Shown here in pieces: positions 1 to 10,139 of a stretch of 45,894 bases of DNA. Source of the stretch: Candidatus Actinomarina sp. (GTDB lineage: Bacteria > Actinomycetota > Acidimicrobiia > Actinomarinales > Actinomarinaceae); assembly GCA_016777845.1 (NCBI GenBank), contig JADHQS010000003.1, positions 1 to 45,894 on the forward strand, read 5' to 3'. Positions within the stretch are counted from its first letter, which is position 1. Each line of letters starts with the position of its first letter. The notes below the pieces were generated by a model. The model saw nothing but the letters and a program-made list of their open reading frames with translations. It was not told where the DNA came from and ran no database searches. A program made the position numbers and the translations under genes.

Positions 1-2
1 GT

Positions 3-1103
3 ATTAATGATCCACGTCAAGGAATCGTACATGTTATAGGACCAGAACAAGGAATAACACAACCAGGAATGACAATTGTTTGTGGTGATAGTCATACAGC
101 AACTCATGGAGCATTTGGAGCATTGGCTTTTGGTATAGGAACTTCAGAAGTTGAACATGTTTTAGCTACACAAACATTGGCAATGGAAAAACCCAAAACA
201 ATGAAAGTTGAAGTAATTGGAGATGTATCTGAAGGTGTAGGGCCAAAAGATATAATTTTAGGAATAATCAGAAAAATTGGAACTGGTGGAGGTGCTGGCC
301 ATGTCATTGAATATGCAGGTGATGTTATACAAAATATGAGTATGGAAAACAGAATGACTATTTGCAACATGTCGATTGAAGGTGGCGCACGTGCAGGAAT
401 GATTGCTCCAGATGAAATAACTTTCAATTACTTAAAAGAAAAAAATTATGCTCCGAAAGGTTCTGACTGGGATGATGCAGTTACTGAATGGGAAAATTTA
501 TACTCTGATGAAGATGCTGAATTTGATAAAGTTGTAACAATAAACGCAGACGAACTTGAACCATCTATATCATGGGGAACAAATCCTTCACAGGTAATTT
601 TTGTAAATGATAGCATTCCTCATCCAGATGATTTCAATGAAGAATCTGAAAAAGAAGCGGCATCAAGAGCTTTGGAATATATGGATTTAAAGCCTGGAGA
701 AAAAATTAGTGAAATCCAACTGGATAGAGTTTTTATTGGTAGCTGCACAAATGGAAGAATCGAAGATTTAAGAGAAGCTGCAGAAGTAGTGAAAGGAAAA
801 AAAGTTTCGGAAACAATTGGCGCAATGATTGTTCCAGGGTCAACGCTTGTAAAAAAACAAGCGGAAGAAGAAGGGTTAGACAAAATCTTTATTGAAGCTG
901 GTTTTGACTGGAGAGAAGCAGGTTGCTCAATGTGTTTAGGAATGAATCCAGATATTTTAAGTCCCGGTGAAAGATGTGCCTCTACATCAAATAGAAACTA
1001 TGAAGGTAGGCAGGGTGCGGGAGGTCGAACCCACTTAGTAAGTCCAAAAATGGCAGCTGCAGCAGCTCTATATGGAAAATTTGTTGATATTAGGAACTTG
1101 TAA
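3..1103 (+). CDS. leuC: 3-isopropylmalate dehydratase large subunit (5'-truncated by window edge)
   Basis: Frame is open from position 3 ([17 protein letters not shown]...). Motifs [48 protein letters not shown]. Followed directly by leuD. Confidence 0.97.
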   Translation: MNDPRQGIVHVIGPEQGITQPGMTIVCGDSHTATHGAFGALAFGIGTSEVEHVLATQTLAMEKPKTMKVEVIGDVSEGVGPKDIILGIIRKIGTGGGAGHVIEYAGDVIQNMSMENRMTICNMSIEGGARAGMIAPDEITFNYLKEKNYAPKGSDWDDAVTEWENLYSDEDAEFDKVVTINADELEPSISWGTNPSQVIFVNDSIPHPDDFNEESEKEAASRALEYMDLKPGEKISEIQLDRVFIGSCTNGRIEDLREAAEVVKGKKVSETIGAMIVPGSTLVKKQAEEEGLDKIFIEAGFDWREAGCSMCLGMNPDILSPGERCASTSNRNYEGRQGAGGRTHLVSPKMAAAAALYGKFVDIRNL

Positions 1104-1691
1104 ATGAAGAAATTAAGCACCATTGATTCAACGATGCTTCCACTTAATTTGTCTAATGTTGACACTGATCAAATAATGCCCAAACAATTTCTTAAGCGTG
1201 TTGAGCGCTCAGGATATGGTGAGTTCTTGTTTTATGATTGGAAGAAAGAGCCTGATTTTCCTCTAAACAATGAATCATATCAAGGGTCAAAAGTTTTAGT
1301 TGCTGGAGATAATTTTGGAACTGGTTCTTCTAGAGAGCATGCACCTTGGGGCCTACAAGATTGGGGATTCGATGCGATAATTTCAACTAAATTTGCTGAT
1401 ATTTTTAGATTAAATTCAATCAATATCGGTCTTGTACCTATAGAGACAAGTCAAAAAAATGTAGATGCGCTTTTTGCAAAAATTGAAACTTCTCCAAGTA
1501 CTAACATCAAAATTTCTATAGAAAATAAAACAGTTCAATGTGAGGAAATAACATTTTCATTTGATTTAGATGATTTTTCTCAAAAAAGAATCCTTGAAGG
1601 TTTAGACAAAATTGATATTACATTGGGCTACACAGATCAAATAGAGAGCTTTAGTAAATCTAGAAAAAAATGGATGCCTAGACTAACTTAG
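1104..1691 (+). CDS. leuD: 3-isopropylmalate dehydratase small subunit
   Basis: NVDTDQIMPKQFLKR and NFGTGSSREHAPW motifs; ATG immediately follows the leuC TAA. Confidence 0.97.
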   Translation: MKKLSTIDSTMLPLNLSNVDTDQIMPKQFLKRVERSGYGEFLFYDWKKEPDFPLNNESYQGSKVLVAGDNFGTGSSREHAPWGLQDWGFDAIISTKFADIFRLNSINIGLVPIETSQKNVDALFAKIETSPSTNIKISIENKTVQCEEITFSFDLDDFSQKRILEGLDKIDITLGYTDQIESFSKSRKKWMPRLT

Positions 1692-2781
1692 ACAAAGTCA
1701 TACTTAAGCTTTCTGCGACCTCTTCTGACAATAAAAGTCCATTGTGTATTTGCAGTGATGGTCTTAAGCTTTCGTTATTTTTGTATTCATCGAACCAATT
1801 TTCAATTAAAAGATTATCAACATATTTTTGTAAATTTGTAGACAACTCAATAGAAGAGGTTCTAGGAACAGCGCCAGGTAAGTTTGCAATTGCAGAAACG
1901 ATTACACCACTTCTTATTTCAAAAGGTTCACTATGAGTATTAGGCTTAACGCCTTCAACACAACCACCTTGATCAATAGCAACATCTACTATGACTGAAC
2001 CCTTTTCCATCGAATTTATATCTTCTTCTGTAATTACAATTGGAGGCTTTCTTCCAGGTAATAAAACTGCCCCTATAACTAAATCAGCAGATCTAATTGC
2101 ATTTGTAGCTGACTCACTTCCACTGACTAGAGTGGTGATATTTTCTCCATACTGATTTTTCAACTCATTCAAAATATCTTCATTTATATCAATCGCAGTA
2201 ACTGATGCACCAATCTGAATAGACTTGTGAATTGAGCTTCTACCAACTTCACCACAACCAATAACAGTAACTTTTGAATTTTTTTCACCAGATATTGATG
2301 AAAGAAGTAGTCCTTTTCCTTTTGAAGAGTATTCTAAAAATTGCATACCTTTCTGAATTGCTAGATTTCCAGCAATTTTTGACATAGGAATTAGCAGTGG
2401 ATACTCTTTCCCGCTCATAATCATTTCAGTAGCAATTCCTGTTAATTTTTTTTCTAATAGTATTTTTGTAAGTGAAAGGTTTGACGCAAGATGTAGATAA
2501 CCAAATAATACATGGTCAGAATTTAATAGTTCAAACTCTTTAGGTTGAGGTTCTTTGACTTTACAAATAATATGTGCTGTTCCGTAAAGTTCTTCTGCGG
2601 AAGACACAATTTTTGCTCCAGCTTGTTTGTAGTCTTCATCTGTAAAACCAGAGCCAACTCCAGCTTGGGTTTCAACAAAAATATCTGCTAAACCAGTAAA
2701 TTGAGTTATATGTTCAGGAATTAAAGCAACTCTGCCTTCGTCCTGTTTAACTTCTTTTGGTATACCTAGCTTTTTAATCAT
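1678..2781 (-). CDS. ald: Alanine dehydrogenase
   Basis: GIPKEVK..EGRVAL, KVKEP, FGYLHLA, GxGxVG, DVAIDQGGC and ANLPGAVPRTS motifs. Start moved to ATG 2781 (MIKKLGIPKE), which overlaps the IDO stop; the longer track start lies inside IDO. Confidence 0.9.
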   Translation of the reverse strand: MIKKLGIPKEVKQDEGRVALIPEHITQFTGLADIFVETQAGVGSGFTDEDYKQAGAKIVSSAEELYGTAHIICKVKEPQPKEFELLNSDHVLFGYLHLASNLSLTKILLEKKLTGIATEMIMSGKEYPLLIPMSKIAGNLAIQKGMQFLEYSSKGKGLLLSSISGEKNSKVTVIGCGEVGRSSIHKSIQIGASVTAIDINEDILNELKNQYGENITTLVSGSESATNAIRSADLVIGAVLLPGRKPPIVITEEDINSMEKGSVIVDVAIDQGGCVEGVKPNTHSEPFEIRSGVIVSAIANLPGAVPRTSSIELSTNLQKYVDNLLIENWFDEYKNNESLRPSLQIHNGLLLSEEVAESLSMTLSKLV

Positions 2782-3889
2782 TAGATGGAACTGTTTCCTG
2801 TAGGTGTTTATCAAGATACTTCATAAAAGGTGTACCACCTGTTCCAACAATATTTGAGTTTGAATTATTTGTGAGTGACTGTTCAAAAATATAAACTCTT
2901 GCATACTCCAAATGCTTATCTCTAAAAGTGTGGACTTCCTTAATGATTTCATTTATTATCACCTTGGATTTTTCATCTATGCTTAAATTCTTTCTTCTAT
3001 TTCCTGACCATTCGTCTAGACCATTAAGTAATTCTCTATGCTCTTTAGGCATATACAATCTCATTTCATCCAAGTATTCTCTTAGTGGATCATTGGAGTG
3101 CGTGACACCAAGAAGAGCATCGAGTGTGGGAACAATTGAACTTTGTGCACCTGTTTCACCTCTGAACAGTTGAGGTTCTCCATTGTAATCTTCAACACCT
3201 TCATAGATTACACCCTCTGGTGTAGCAGGGTTATTTTTCCAACCAAAAATGTAAGGCCTCACCCGATTGTAATAAATAAATGGGTCACATTTTTCAGGCA
3301 TTCGATTCATAATTGAGTTAATTTTTTTAATACTCTCTAGAGATTTCTCCAATAATGATTCATCCAGGTTTTCATCAAGAAAATATGATTTTAAATTTGA
3401 GAGAATGACTTTTGCTTCATACTCAATAGCAACATGAATCATAATAAACCAATCTTCATCTACTCCTCCTAAGAAATTTTGCATGATTACAATATTTTCT
3501 AGATCAAAAGGCTTTGTATCATCAAGCATTTTCCAATTATTTAAGGCGTATGATGCGTAGGAAAGAATAGGTGGTCTTTCTAATTTTTCAGATATTGCAA
3601 ACCATGTTAAAGCAAGCTCCCTGGGGATTAAATTATCAACATGTTTTTTTCCCCACATATATGCGTGACCTAAGTAAGAGTACAATAGCATCGCTCTCTC
3701 CAGTTCACTGATATTTAGATTACTGATGTCTTTATCTTGCTCTAATTGTTTTACTCTTTCGACAATTTGTTCGTTCGCAAGTACTTTTGGAAGTTCGCTT
3801 GCAAGATTTTCAATATCATCAAAGCTTGATGGTAGCTTTTTGCAAATTTCATTTGGAATAAAACCACTGTCTAATATTTCTTGATGCAT
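2774..3889 (-). CDS. Indoleamine 2,3-dioxygenase family heme protein
   Basis: PILSYASYALNNW, DEDWFIMIHVAIE, GETGAQSS, proximal-His region FRDKHLEYARVYI and C-terminal GTGGT loop. Shine-Dalgarno-like GAAGGGGG precedes the ATG. Confidence 0.9.
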   Translation of the reverse strand: MHQEILDSGFIPNEICKKLPSSFDDIENLASELPKVLANEQIVERVKQLEQDKDISNLNISELERAMLLYSYLGHAYMWGKKHVDNLIPRELALTWFAISEKLERPPILSYASYALNNWKMLDDTKPFDLENIVIMQNFLGGVDEDWFIMIHVAIEYEAKVILSNLKSYFLDENLDESLLEKSLESIKKINSIMNRMPEKCDPFIYYNRVRPYIFGWKNNPATPEGVIYEGVEDYNGEPQLFRGETGAQSSIVPTLDALLGVTHSNDPLREYLDEMRLYMPKEHRELLNGLDEWSGNRRKNLSIDEKSKVIINEIIKEVHTFRDKHLEYARVYIFEQSLTNNSNSNIVGTGGTPFMKYLDKHLQETVPSND

Positions 3890-3955
3890 TTTCCCCCTTC
3901 AAGATACACAGAATTATAGCTTCTACATTACAATGGTAAACTATTCTTTGTTAGG
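3890..3955. promoter_or_regulatory. Divergent promoter region IDO / photolyase
   Basis: Minus-strand TATAAT at 3913-3918 lies upstream of IDO; plus-strand extended -10 TG-G-TAAACT at 3934-3942 lies upstream of the photolyase. Confidence 0.55.
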
Positions 3956-5449
3956 ATGGGAAGTAAATTTTTTGTAATACTTGGAAATCAACTATTTGAT
4001 CCAAAAATTCTAAAAAAAAATGGCTGTAGTGAAGTTTTTATGGCTGAGGACTTCGGTCTTTGTACTTATTTTAAACATCATAAACTAAAGCTTTATTTGT
4101 TTCTTGCTGGCATGCGTGAATACAAAGATGAACTGGAAAATGAATCTATATCTGTAAATTATTTTGAACTTTCAAATCGTAAAAAAGGAGAAAGTTATGT
4201 CGACTCTCTAATTAAGTTCCTAAAAAAGAAAAAGCTTTATGAAATCAATATTTTTGAAATAGAAGATAAAGGTTTTGAAGAAGAGTTTCTTAAGGTATTA
4301 AAAGCTGCCAATATAACAGTAAATATTTTCCAGTCACCAATGTTTATATTTGAAAGAAATGAATTTGTTTCTATGGCAAAAGGAAAGAAAGTTTATAGAA
4401 TGTCTTCCTTTTATCAAAAAGCTAGGAAAAATTTAGATATTTTAATGGATGAAAATGGAAAGCCGGTAGGTGGAAAATGGTCTTTTGACGAAGATAATAG
4501 AAAAAAAATTCCAAAAAATGTAGAACCACCTGAAATGATTGTTTTTAAAAAATCAAAATATGATGATGAAATTAAAAAACTTATTATTAAAAATTTTGAT
4601 GATCATCCAGGTAATATAGAAAATATTTGGTTTCCTGTAAATAGGGCTGGAGCCGAAAAACAGCTTGATACTTTTCTTAAAGTTCGTTTTGAAAACTTTG
4701 GAATTTACGAAGACGCAATGCTTGAAGAGAAAAATTTTCTTTTTCACAGTTGCATAAGCCCCTTTTTAAATATAGGTCTTTTAACACCTGATAAAGTCGT
4801 AAAGAAAACTTTACAGTATGCTGAAAAAAATAATGTTCCTATGAACTCAGTGGAAGGGTTTGTTAGACAAGTGATTGGTTGGAGAGAATTCATTAGGGGA
4901 ATCTATCATGAAGAAGGTGCTTTACAATCAAAAAGTAATTACTGGAAACATTCAAAAAAACTAACTTCATCATGGTACGACGGAACAACTGGCATTGATC
5001 CACTTGATGACTGTATAAAAAGTACTCTTAAAGATGGTTACATACACCACATTCCACGGTTAATGGTTATAAGCAATATTATGAATTTATGTGGAGTGGA
5101 TCCTAAAGAAATCTATAAATGGTTTATGGAAATGTATATAGACTCTTCAGATTGGGTAATGGTTCCGAATGTTTTTGGGATGGCTACATATGCAGATGGA
5201 GGAATGATGTCTACAAAACCGTATACGTGTGGTTCAAATTATATCCTGAAAATGAGTAACTACAAAAAAGGTGACTGGTGTGACACTCTTGATGGTTTGT
5301 ATTGGAAATTTACAGAAAAGAATAGGAAGTTTTATGAAAACAATCCAAGACTTGCATTACTTACAAGATCGCTTGATCGTCTTAATCCAGAAAGAAAAAA
5401 TCATATTTTTAAAAAAGCTGAAGATTTTATAAAGAAAAATACTATCTAA
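3956..5449 (+). CDS. Cryptochrome/photolyase-related protein, bacterial (6-4) photolyase (PhrB/CryB) clade, apparently lacking the Fe-S cluster
   Basis: ILGNQLF, HHKLKL, GGKWSFDEDNRK, YEDAM, EGFVRQVIGWREF, HHIPRLM and WVMVPNVFGM..ADGG..STKPY motifs. Confidence 0.9.
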   Translation: MGSKFFVILGNQLFDPKILKKNGCSEVFMAEDFGLCTYFKHHKLKLYLFLAGMREYKDELENESISVNYFELSNRKKGESYVDSLIKFLKKKKLYEINIFEIEDKGFEEEFLKVLKAANITVNIFQSPMFIFERNEFVSMAKGKKVYRMSSFYQKARKNLDILMDENGKPVGGKWSFDEDNRKKIPKNVEPPEMIVFKKSKYDDEIKKLIIKNFDDHPGNIENIWFPVNRAGAEKQLDTFLKVRFENFGIYEDAMLEEKNFLFHSCISPFLNIGLLTPDKVVKKTLQYAEKNNVPMNSVEGFVRQVIGWREFIRGIYHEEGALQSKSNYWKHSKKLTSSWYDGTTGIDPLDDCIKSTLKDGYIHHIPRLMVISNIMNLCGVDPKEIYKWFMEMYIDSSDWVMVPNVFGMATYADGGMMSTKPYTCGSNYILKMSNYKKGDWCDTLDGLYWKFTEKNRKFYENNPRLALLTRSLDRLNPERKNHIFKKAEDFIKKNTI

Positions 5450-5456
5450 ATATTTT

Positions 5457-6233
5457 TTATTTATTTAAATAATTACGAAATAAAATTGGTTCATCGGTAA
5501 TGACACCATCGCATCCAATTTCTAAACAAGTCTTAAAATTTTCTATAGAATTTACAGTCCATACATGTAGTTGAAGATTATTTAATTTACAAAAATCCAC
5601 AAGTTTTTTTGAATAAACTTGTATCCCCCTCCACTTAAATGGAGCTTGGAGTGCTTGAACCTTAAAATTTCTTTTTTGTAAAGGTAAAAATCGTGCAATA
5701 GCATTTTCTCGAAAAGTTCCGGAAGTTAGTATTTCTCCCTTACTTACATTGAAAAACTCTTCTAATCTTTTTGGGCTAAATGAAGAAACTAATACTCTTT
5801 CTTTTGCATTTAGAGAATTTATTATTTCTACAACCTTTTTTGCCATTCCCGTTTGCTTTAGATCAAGGTTAAATTTTAACTTTTCACTCATCTTTAAGGC
5901 ATCAACTAACCTAACAAAATTAGTTGTTTTATCTTTTTGTTGACTTTTTTCATAAAATTTATACCCTGCATTAATTTTTGCAATTTCACTCCAATTAAAG
6001 TCTTGTACTTTTCCAGATACATTTGTCGTTCTGTCAAAAGTTTCATCATGATGAAGGAATATTTCACCATCTTTAGACATACGTAAGTCAGTTTCAAAAT
6101 GAGAAAATCCTTCTTTAATTGCTAGTTCAAGGCCATGAAGTGTGTTCTCAGGTACTATATTTGACCCTCCACGATGAGGAATAATCAGTGGTTTATCACC
6201 ATCAAAATATGATTTATTATCCAGAAACTCCAC
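5457..6233 (-). CDS. Glycerophosphodiester phosphodiesterase family protein
   Basis: HRGG..PENT, ETDLRMSKDG..HHD, VWTVN and GVITD motifs. Confidence 0.92.
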   Translation of the reverse strand: MEFLDNKSYFDGDKPLIIPHRGGSNIVPENTLHGLELAIKEGFSHFETDLRMSKDGEIFLHHDETFDRTTNVSGKVQDFNWSEIAKINAGYKFYEKSQQKDKTTNFVRLVDALKMSEKLKFNLDLKQTGMAKKVVEIINSLNAKERVLVSSFSPKRLEEFFNVSKGEILTSGTFRENAIARFLPLQKRNFKVQALQAPFKWRGIQVYSKKLVDFCKLNNLQLHVWTVNSIENFKTCLEIGCDGVITDEPILFRNYLNK

Positions 6234-7542
6234 CTGTAAAATTAAAGTTTTTTAAATGTATGATCGGTACTTTTAACATACCTTCTCCAAATTCTGAATC
6301 TGCATATCTCGACCTATCCCCAATAGATAAAACATTTCCAGGTGCAAGTGAAGCCATAAAGCTTTGTGTAAACCTTAATCTACCAATAGGTTTAACTATC
6401 TTTCCATTTTCAATCAAAAAAGATCCATTTCGATTTAACCCAGTTACAACTTGGGTGATTGGATCTAAAACCCTGCAGTACCAAAACTCATTTATGTAAA
6501 TACCCTTTTTAACACTTTTTATCATTTCTTCTTGTGAAACATTACCTTCTGAAAGTTTAATATTTGTACCTATTCCCCCAAAATTTTCTCCCCAACCAAA
6601 CAATTCATGAAAAGTATTTTCAGCACTTAATTCCTTAGCAGTTCGCCTAGTATGAAAGTAAGATTTTGAAACTCCATCTTTAACAACTTCTAAGTTTTTT
6701 TTCTTTGATCCGGACGCATCAATCTTAAACCCAATTGATTCATTATCTTCAGGAGTGTCAAAAATGTTTATTTGGCTATCAAACTGGTTTTCATCAATGT
6801 TTATTGGACTCATACCATCAATTTTGCTTTTTGCATTAAAACCATAAACTCCAAGAAAAACCAATATAGTACTAACTGCTTCGTGACCAAGAATTACTTC
6901 ATAGTTTCCTGGTTCTATGTCCTCTGGGTTCTCACTGTCTTTTGCTAGTTTTGCTGCTTCACTACCAGCACGTTCAGCTTCTATGTCTGACAATGTTATT
7001 CCTCCCCTATGAGAAGACCCGGCTGATGATTCTGTTCTAAAAATTCCATCAATAAACGCACTACTAGATGAATCGGAAGAATTTAACCCATTAGTATTCC
7101 ATACAAAATAATTATTTATATAACTAGAACAGTATCCTGCTGCGTTCATTTGCTTTCCCTCAGTAACAAATTCTCGAACCTTATTAGCCCTTTCATCGGG
7201 TGATGATTCAACCAGTTTGGAAAGTCCATTATAGGATTGGGAGGCATCAGGAAGGCCCGCCCAACCTTTGTCTATTGGGCTTTTACTTAAAGAGTCCATA
7301 GCTTTAGCAACAAATTCTTTTGGATTTTTTAATGCTGTTAAATTAGTTGACATAGTTACAGTTTTAGAATCATTGTGTAATGTCAAAAATACGTCGGCAG
7401 ATTCTTCATCCACATTTTGATGAATTTGAGAATTAGCAAACCTAGTTAGTGCACTTTTTGAGTGCATCATTTTTAACTCACATTCTGTATCAGAAGGAAT
7501 GTTTTTTTCAATATCTTGAAGTAGGTCTTCCCAAATTTTCAT
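6217..7542 (-). CDS. TldE/PmbA-like subunit of the TldD/PmbA metalloprotease
   Basis: LTRFANSQIHQN, EPGNYEVIL, FWYCRVLDP..TGLNRNG.F.IENG and C-terminal FNFT; overlaps the tldD stop (ATGA). Confidence 0.88.
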   Translation of the reverse strand: MKIWEDLLQDIEKNIPSDTECELKMMHSKSALTRFANSQIHQNVDEESADVFLTLHNDSKTVTMSTNLTALKNPKEFVAKAMDSLSKSPIDKGWAGLPDASQSYNGLSKLVESSPDERANKVREFVTEGKQMNAAGYCSSYINNYFVWNTNGLNSSDSSSSAFIDGIFRTESSAGSSHRGGITLSDIEAERAGSEAAKLAKDSENPEDIEPGNYEVILGHEAVSTILVFLGVYGFNAKSKIDGMSPINIDENQFDSQINIFDTPEDNESIGFKIDASGSKKKNLEVVKDGVSKSYFHTRRTAKELSAENTFHELFGWGENFGGIGTNIKLSEGNVSQEEMIKSVKKGIYINEFWYCRVLDPITQVVTGLNRNGSFLIENGKIVKPIGRLRFTQSFMASLAPGNVLSIGDRSRYADSEFGEGMLKVPIIHLKNFNFTGGVSG

Positions 7543-8975
7543 CCACGAACTCCAATACGCGTATTTTTAAATCTTGCTGGAGAAGCTGGGTGTCCAGTAT
7601 GTCCAATTTGGCTTGGTTGTCCTTTGCCACAGTTTGGAGTTCCCCAAAATACCCATTCTTCCTCACCTGACAACATATCCATATTTCCCCAAAACTCAGG
7701 TGTAATTCCCGTATAGGTCGGGTTCTTTACCATATCAATTATTTTTCCATTTTTAACTAACCAACCAACTTCACATCCAAATTGAAAATTTAGTCTTAAG
7801 TCATCTATGGACCAAGAACGGTTAGTCTCCATGTATATTCCCTCATCTGTAGCTTCTATAATTTCATCTAAGGATGAGTCACCTGGAAGCAAGCCAACAT
7901 TTGTCATCCTTACCATGGGTAATCTTCCAAAACCATCTGCACGAACCATGCCACCTGGAGGTACTCCTGCAACAGCAGCACTATCTCTACCTGACAAAAC
8001 TCCGGTCCAAATTCCTTCTTTTACAATATCAACCCTTTGGGCAGGAGTTCCTTCGTCATCGTATTTAAATGTTGCAAGTGCTCCAGGAAGTGTGGCGTCA
8101 GCAACTATGTTCATTAATTCTGAACCATATTTGTGCTTATTTAATTTTTTTAGATCTAAATGAGAGGTTCCGGCATAAGCTGCTTCCCAACCTAAAATTC
8201 TGTCAAGTTCAATAGCATGCCCTACAGATTCATGAATTTGTAAAGCAAGCTGGCTACCCTCAAGGATTAAGTCCATCGTTCCTTGGGGGCATTGAGGAGC
8301 TACTAAAAGCCTTTGGGATTCCTCAGCTAATCTATCTAAATGACTTTCAAATTCAAAACTTTTTATTACTTCCCAGCCACCAGTTCTATATTCACCAAAA
8401 GATTGCGGGTATGACCTTATTTGGGTTTCGCCATCGCCTACTGATAATGAAGATATTCCTCCTCCGGATTCAATAATATTTTGATATATTTTGTGCCCCT
8501 GACTTGAAGCAAACCACTTTTCTGTATCCCAAAAATCTAATCTTCCAAAAGCTCGTGAGCTACCGAGTTTTTTCATCTTTTCAGTAGATGAAATTAAAAG
8601 ATCGATTTGTTCAGAACTGGAAACTGAAAAAGGGTTTTCTTCGTGTGGAGTTGTATAGGTATCTTCAACTACAGGCACATCGGCAAATGGTAATTCTTCT
8701 CCAGCAACCATTGCAGATGCTTTAGCTATTTCAAAAGATTTTTTTCCTGCTTGTTTTAAAGACTCGTTAGATAAATCATATGTGGAATAAAAACCCCAAG
8801 ACGAACCTACTAATGCTCTAATTCCAATGCCAATTTTTTCATTCTCATTAAAATTTTCAATTTCTCCATTTTTTGCTGCAATGCTTCTTGATTTAGAAAT
8901 TAAAACTCTTGCATCAGAATATTTTGCTCCGCTATCTATTGCTGAGTCAATTGCAATTTCGAGATGTTCGAACAT
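7539..8975 (-). CDS. tldD: TldD family metalloprotease (catalytic subunit)
   Basis: HESVGHAIELDR (HExxxH), YDDEG, RMTN, SWSIDDLRLNFQF and CGKGQP motifs. Confidence 0.92.
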   Translation of the reverse strand: MFEHLEIAIDSAIDSGAKYSDARVLISKSRSIAAKNGEIENFNENEKIGIGIRALVGSSWGFYSTYDLSNESLKQAGKKSFEIAKASAMVAGEELPFADVPVVEDTYTTPHEENPFSVSSSEQIDLLISSTEKMKKLGSSRAFGRLDFWDTEKWFASSQGHKIYQNIIESGGGISSLSVGDGETQIRSYPQSFGEYRTGGWEVIKSFEFESHLDRLAEESQRLLVAPQCPQGTMDLILEGSQLALQIHESVGHAIELDRILGWEAAYAGTSHLDLKKLNKHKYGSELMNIVADATLPGALATFKYDDEGTPAQRVDIVKEGIWTGVLSGRDSAAVAGVPPGGMVRADGFGRLPMVRMTNVGLLPGDSSLDEIIEATDEGIYMETNRSWSIDDLRLNFQFGCEVGWLVKNGKIIDMVKNPTYTGITPEFWGNMDMLSGEEEWVFWGTPNCGKGQPSQIGHTGHPASPARFKNTRIGVRG

Positions 8976-9020
8976 GTAATATAGATTACCAATTTAAAGA
9001 GTAAAGATAAAATTAAAAAA

Positions 9021-10076
9021 TTAGACTAAGTCTTGTTCTCTAATCCCAAAAGATGGATGACGAAGTCTGCAGAGAGCTAGTTTTTCTAATTGTCTGATTC
9101 TTTCTCGGGTCAAGTCAAACTCTTCACCAATTTCTTCAAGTGTTCTTGGGACGCCGTCGTAAAAACCATATCTTAAAGCTAAGATTCTTCCTTCTCTTTC
9201 AGGAAGTCTACTAATACTATCTCTGAGGCTTTCCGCTACATCTAAATCTTGAACAATTAATGAAGGATCGCTTGCATCTTCATCTTGGATAAAATCGCCA
9301 AGTTGGGCACCATCTTCACCAACAGGTTGTTCTAGAGAAACTGTATCAGCTACGCTTAAGGCTAGTTCTACCTTATCAACCCCTACACCTGCCTCTTTAG
9401 CAATCTCTTGTGGTTTTGGATCTCTTCCTAGTTCAGCTTTAAGTTGAGCTTGTGCTGCACGGACTGCAGCCATTGTGTCATGTAGGTGTACAGGAATTCT
9501 TACTGTTCTTGACTTGTCAGCAATAGCTCTTGTAATAGCTTGTCTAATCCACCAAGTTGCATAAGTTGAAAATTTAAATCCTTTACGCCAATCGAACTTT
9601 TCAACGGCACGTATTAAACCAAGGTTTCCTTCCTGGATTAAATCTAGAAAATCTATACCTGAGGTGTTTGCATATCTTCTTGCATTAGCAACAACTAATC
9701 TTAGGTTTGCAGTAAGAAAAGCGTCTTTGGCCTCGGCGCCTTTTTTTCTATCTCTTTTTAAACGGATTTCACCTTTTTTATCTTTAAACTGTTTCTTTTG
9801 TAACTTAATTGCAGCTTTTTCACCAGATTCAATTTTTTGGGCTAATTCAACTTCTTGTTCTGCAGTTAACAGGTCGAAGTTTCCAATTGCAGTCAAATAC
9901 TGGCTAACTAGGTCTGTAGTAAGTTTTCCTTTATCATCAGCCAATTTTTTTGTTAAAGATTTTGCTTTTTCACGAGCAGCTTTCTCCTGTTCAGGAGTTA
10001 AGGTAGTATCTTCATTTGAAAAATCAGCTTCTTTGGCCTCTGGTTTTGGCTTTGAAGGTATTGTTTTAGTCACCAT
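9021..10076 (-). CDS. RNA polymerase sigma-70 factor, RpoD/SigA-like (group 1/2)
   Basis: Region 1.2 ([20 protein letters not shown]), region 2 ([39 protein letters not shown]) and region 4 ([22 protein letters not shown]). Confidence 0.95.
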   Translation of the reverse strand: MVTKTIPSKPKPEAKEADFSNEDTTLTPEQEKAAREKAKSLTKKLADDKGKLTTDLVSQYLTAIGNFDLLTAEQEVELAQKIESGEKAAIKLQKKQFKDKKGEIRLKRDRKKGAEAKDAFLTANLRLVVANARRYANTSGIDFLDLIQEGNLGLIRAVEKFDWRKGFKFSTYATWWIRQAITRAIADKSRTVRIPVHLHDTMAAVRAAQAQLKAELGRDPKPQEIAKEAGVGVDKVELALSVADTVSLEQPVGEDGAQLGDFIQDEDASDPSLIVQDLDVAESLRDSISRLPEREGRILALRYGFYDGVPRTLEEIGEEFDLTRERIRQLEKLALCRLRHPSFGIREQDLV

Positions 10077-10139
10077 TAGTATTTTGACCTTTATGCTTGC
10101 TATTCAGTTACAGAGATGAATAATATACCGGCAATTAAT

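Noticed and set aside
6217-8975. TldD/E as part of a RiPP cluster
   Set aside because: No precursor peptide, YcaO, radical SAM or exporter gene nearby.
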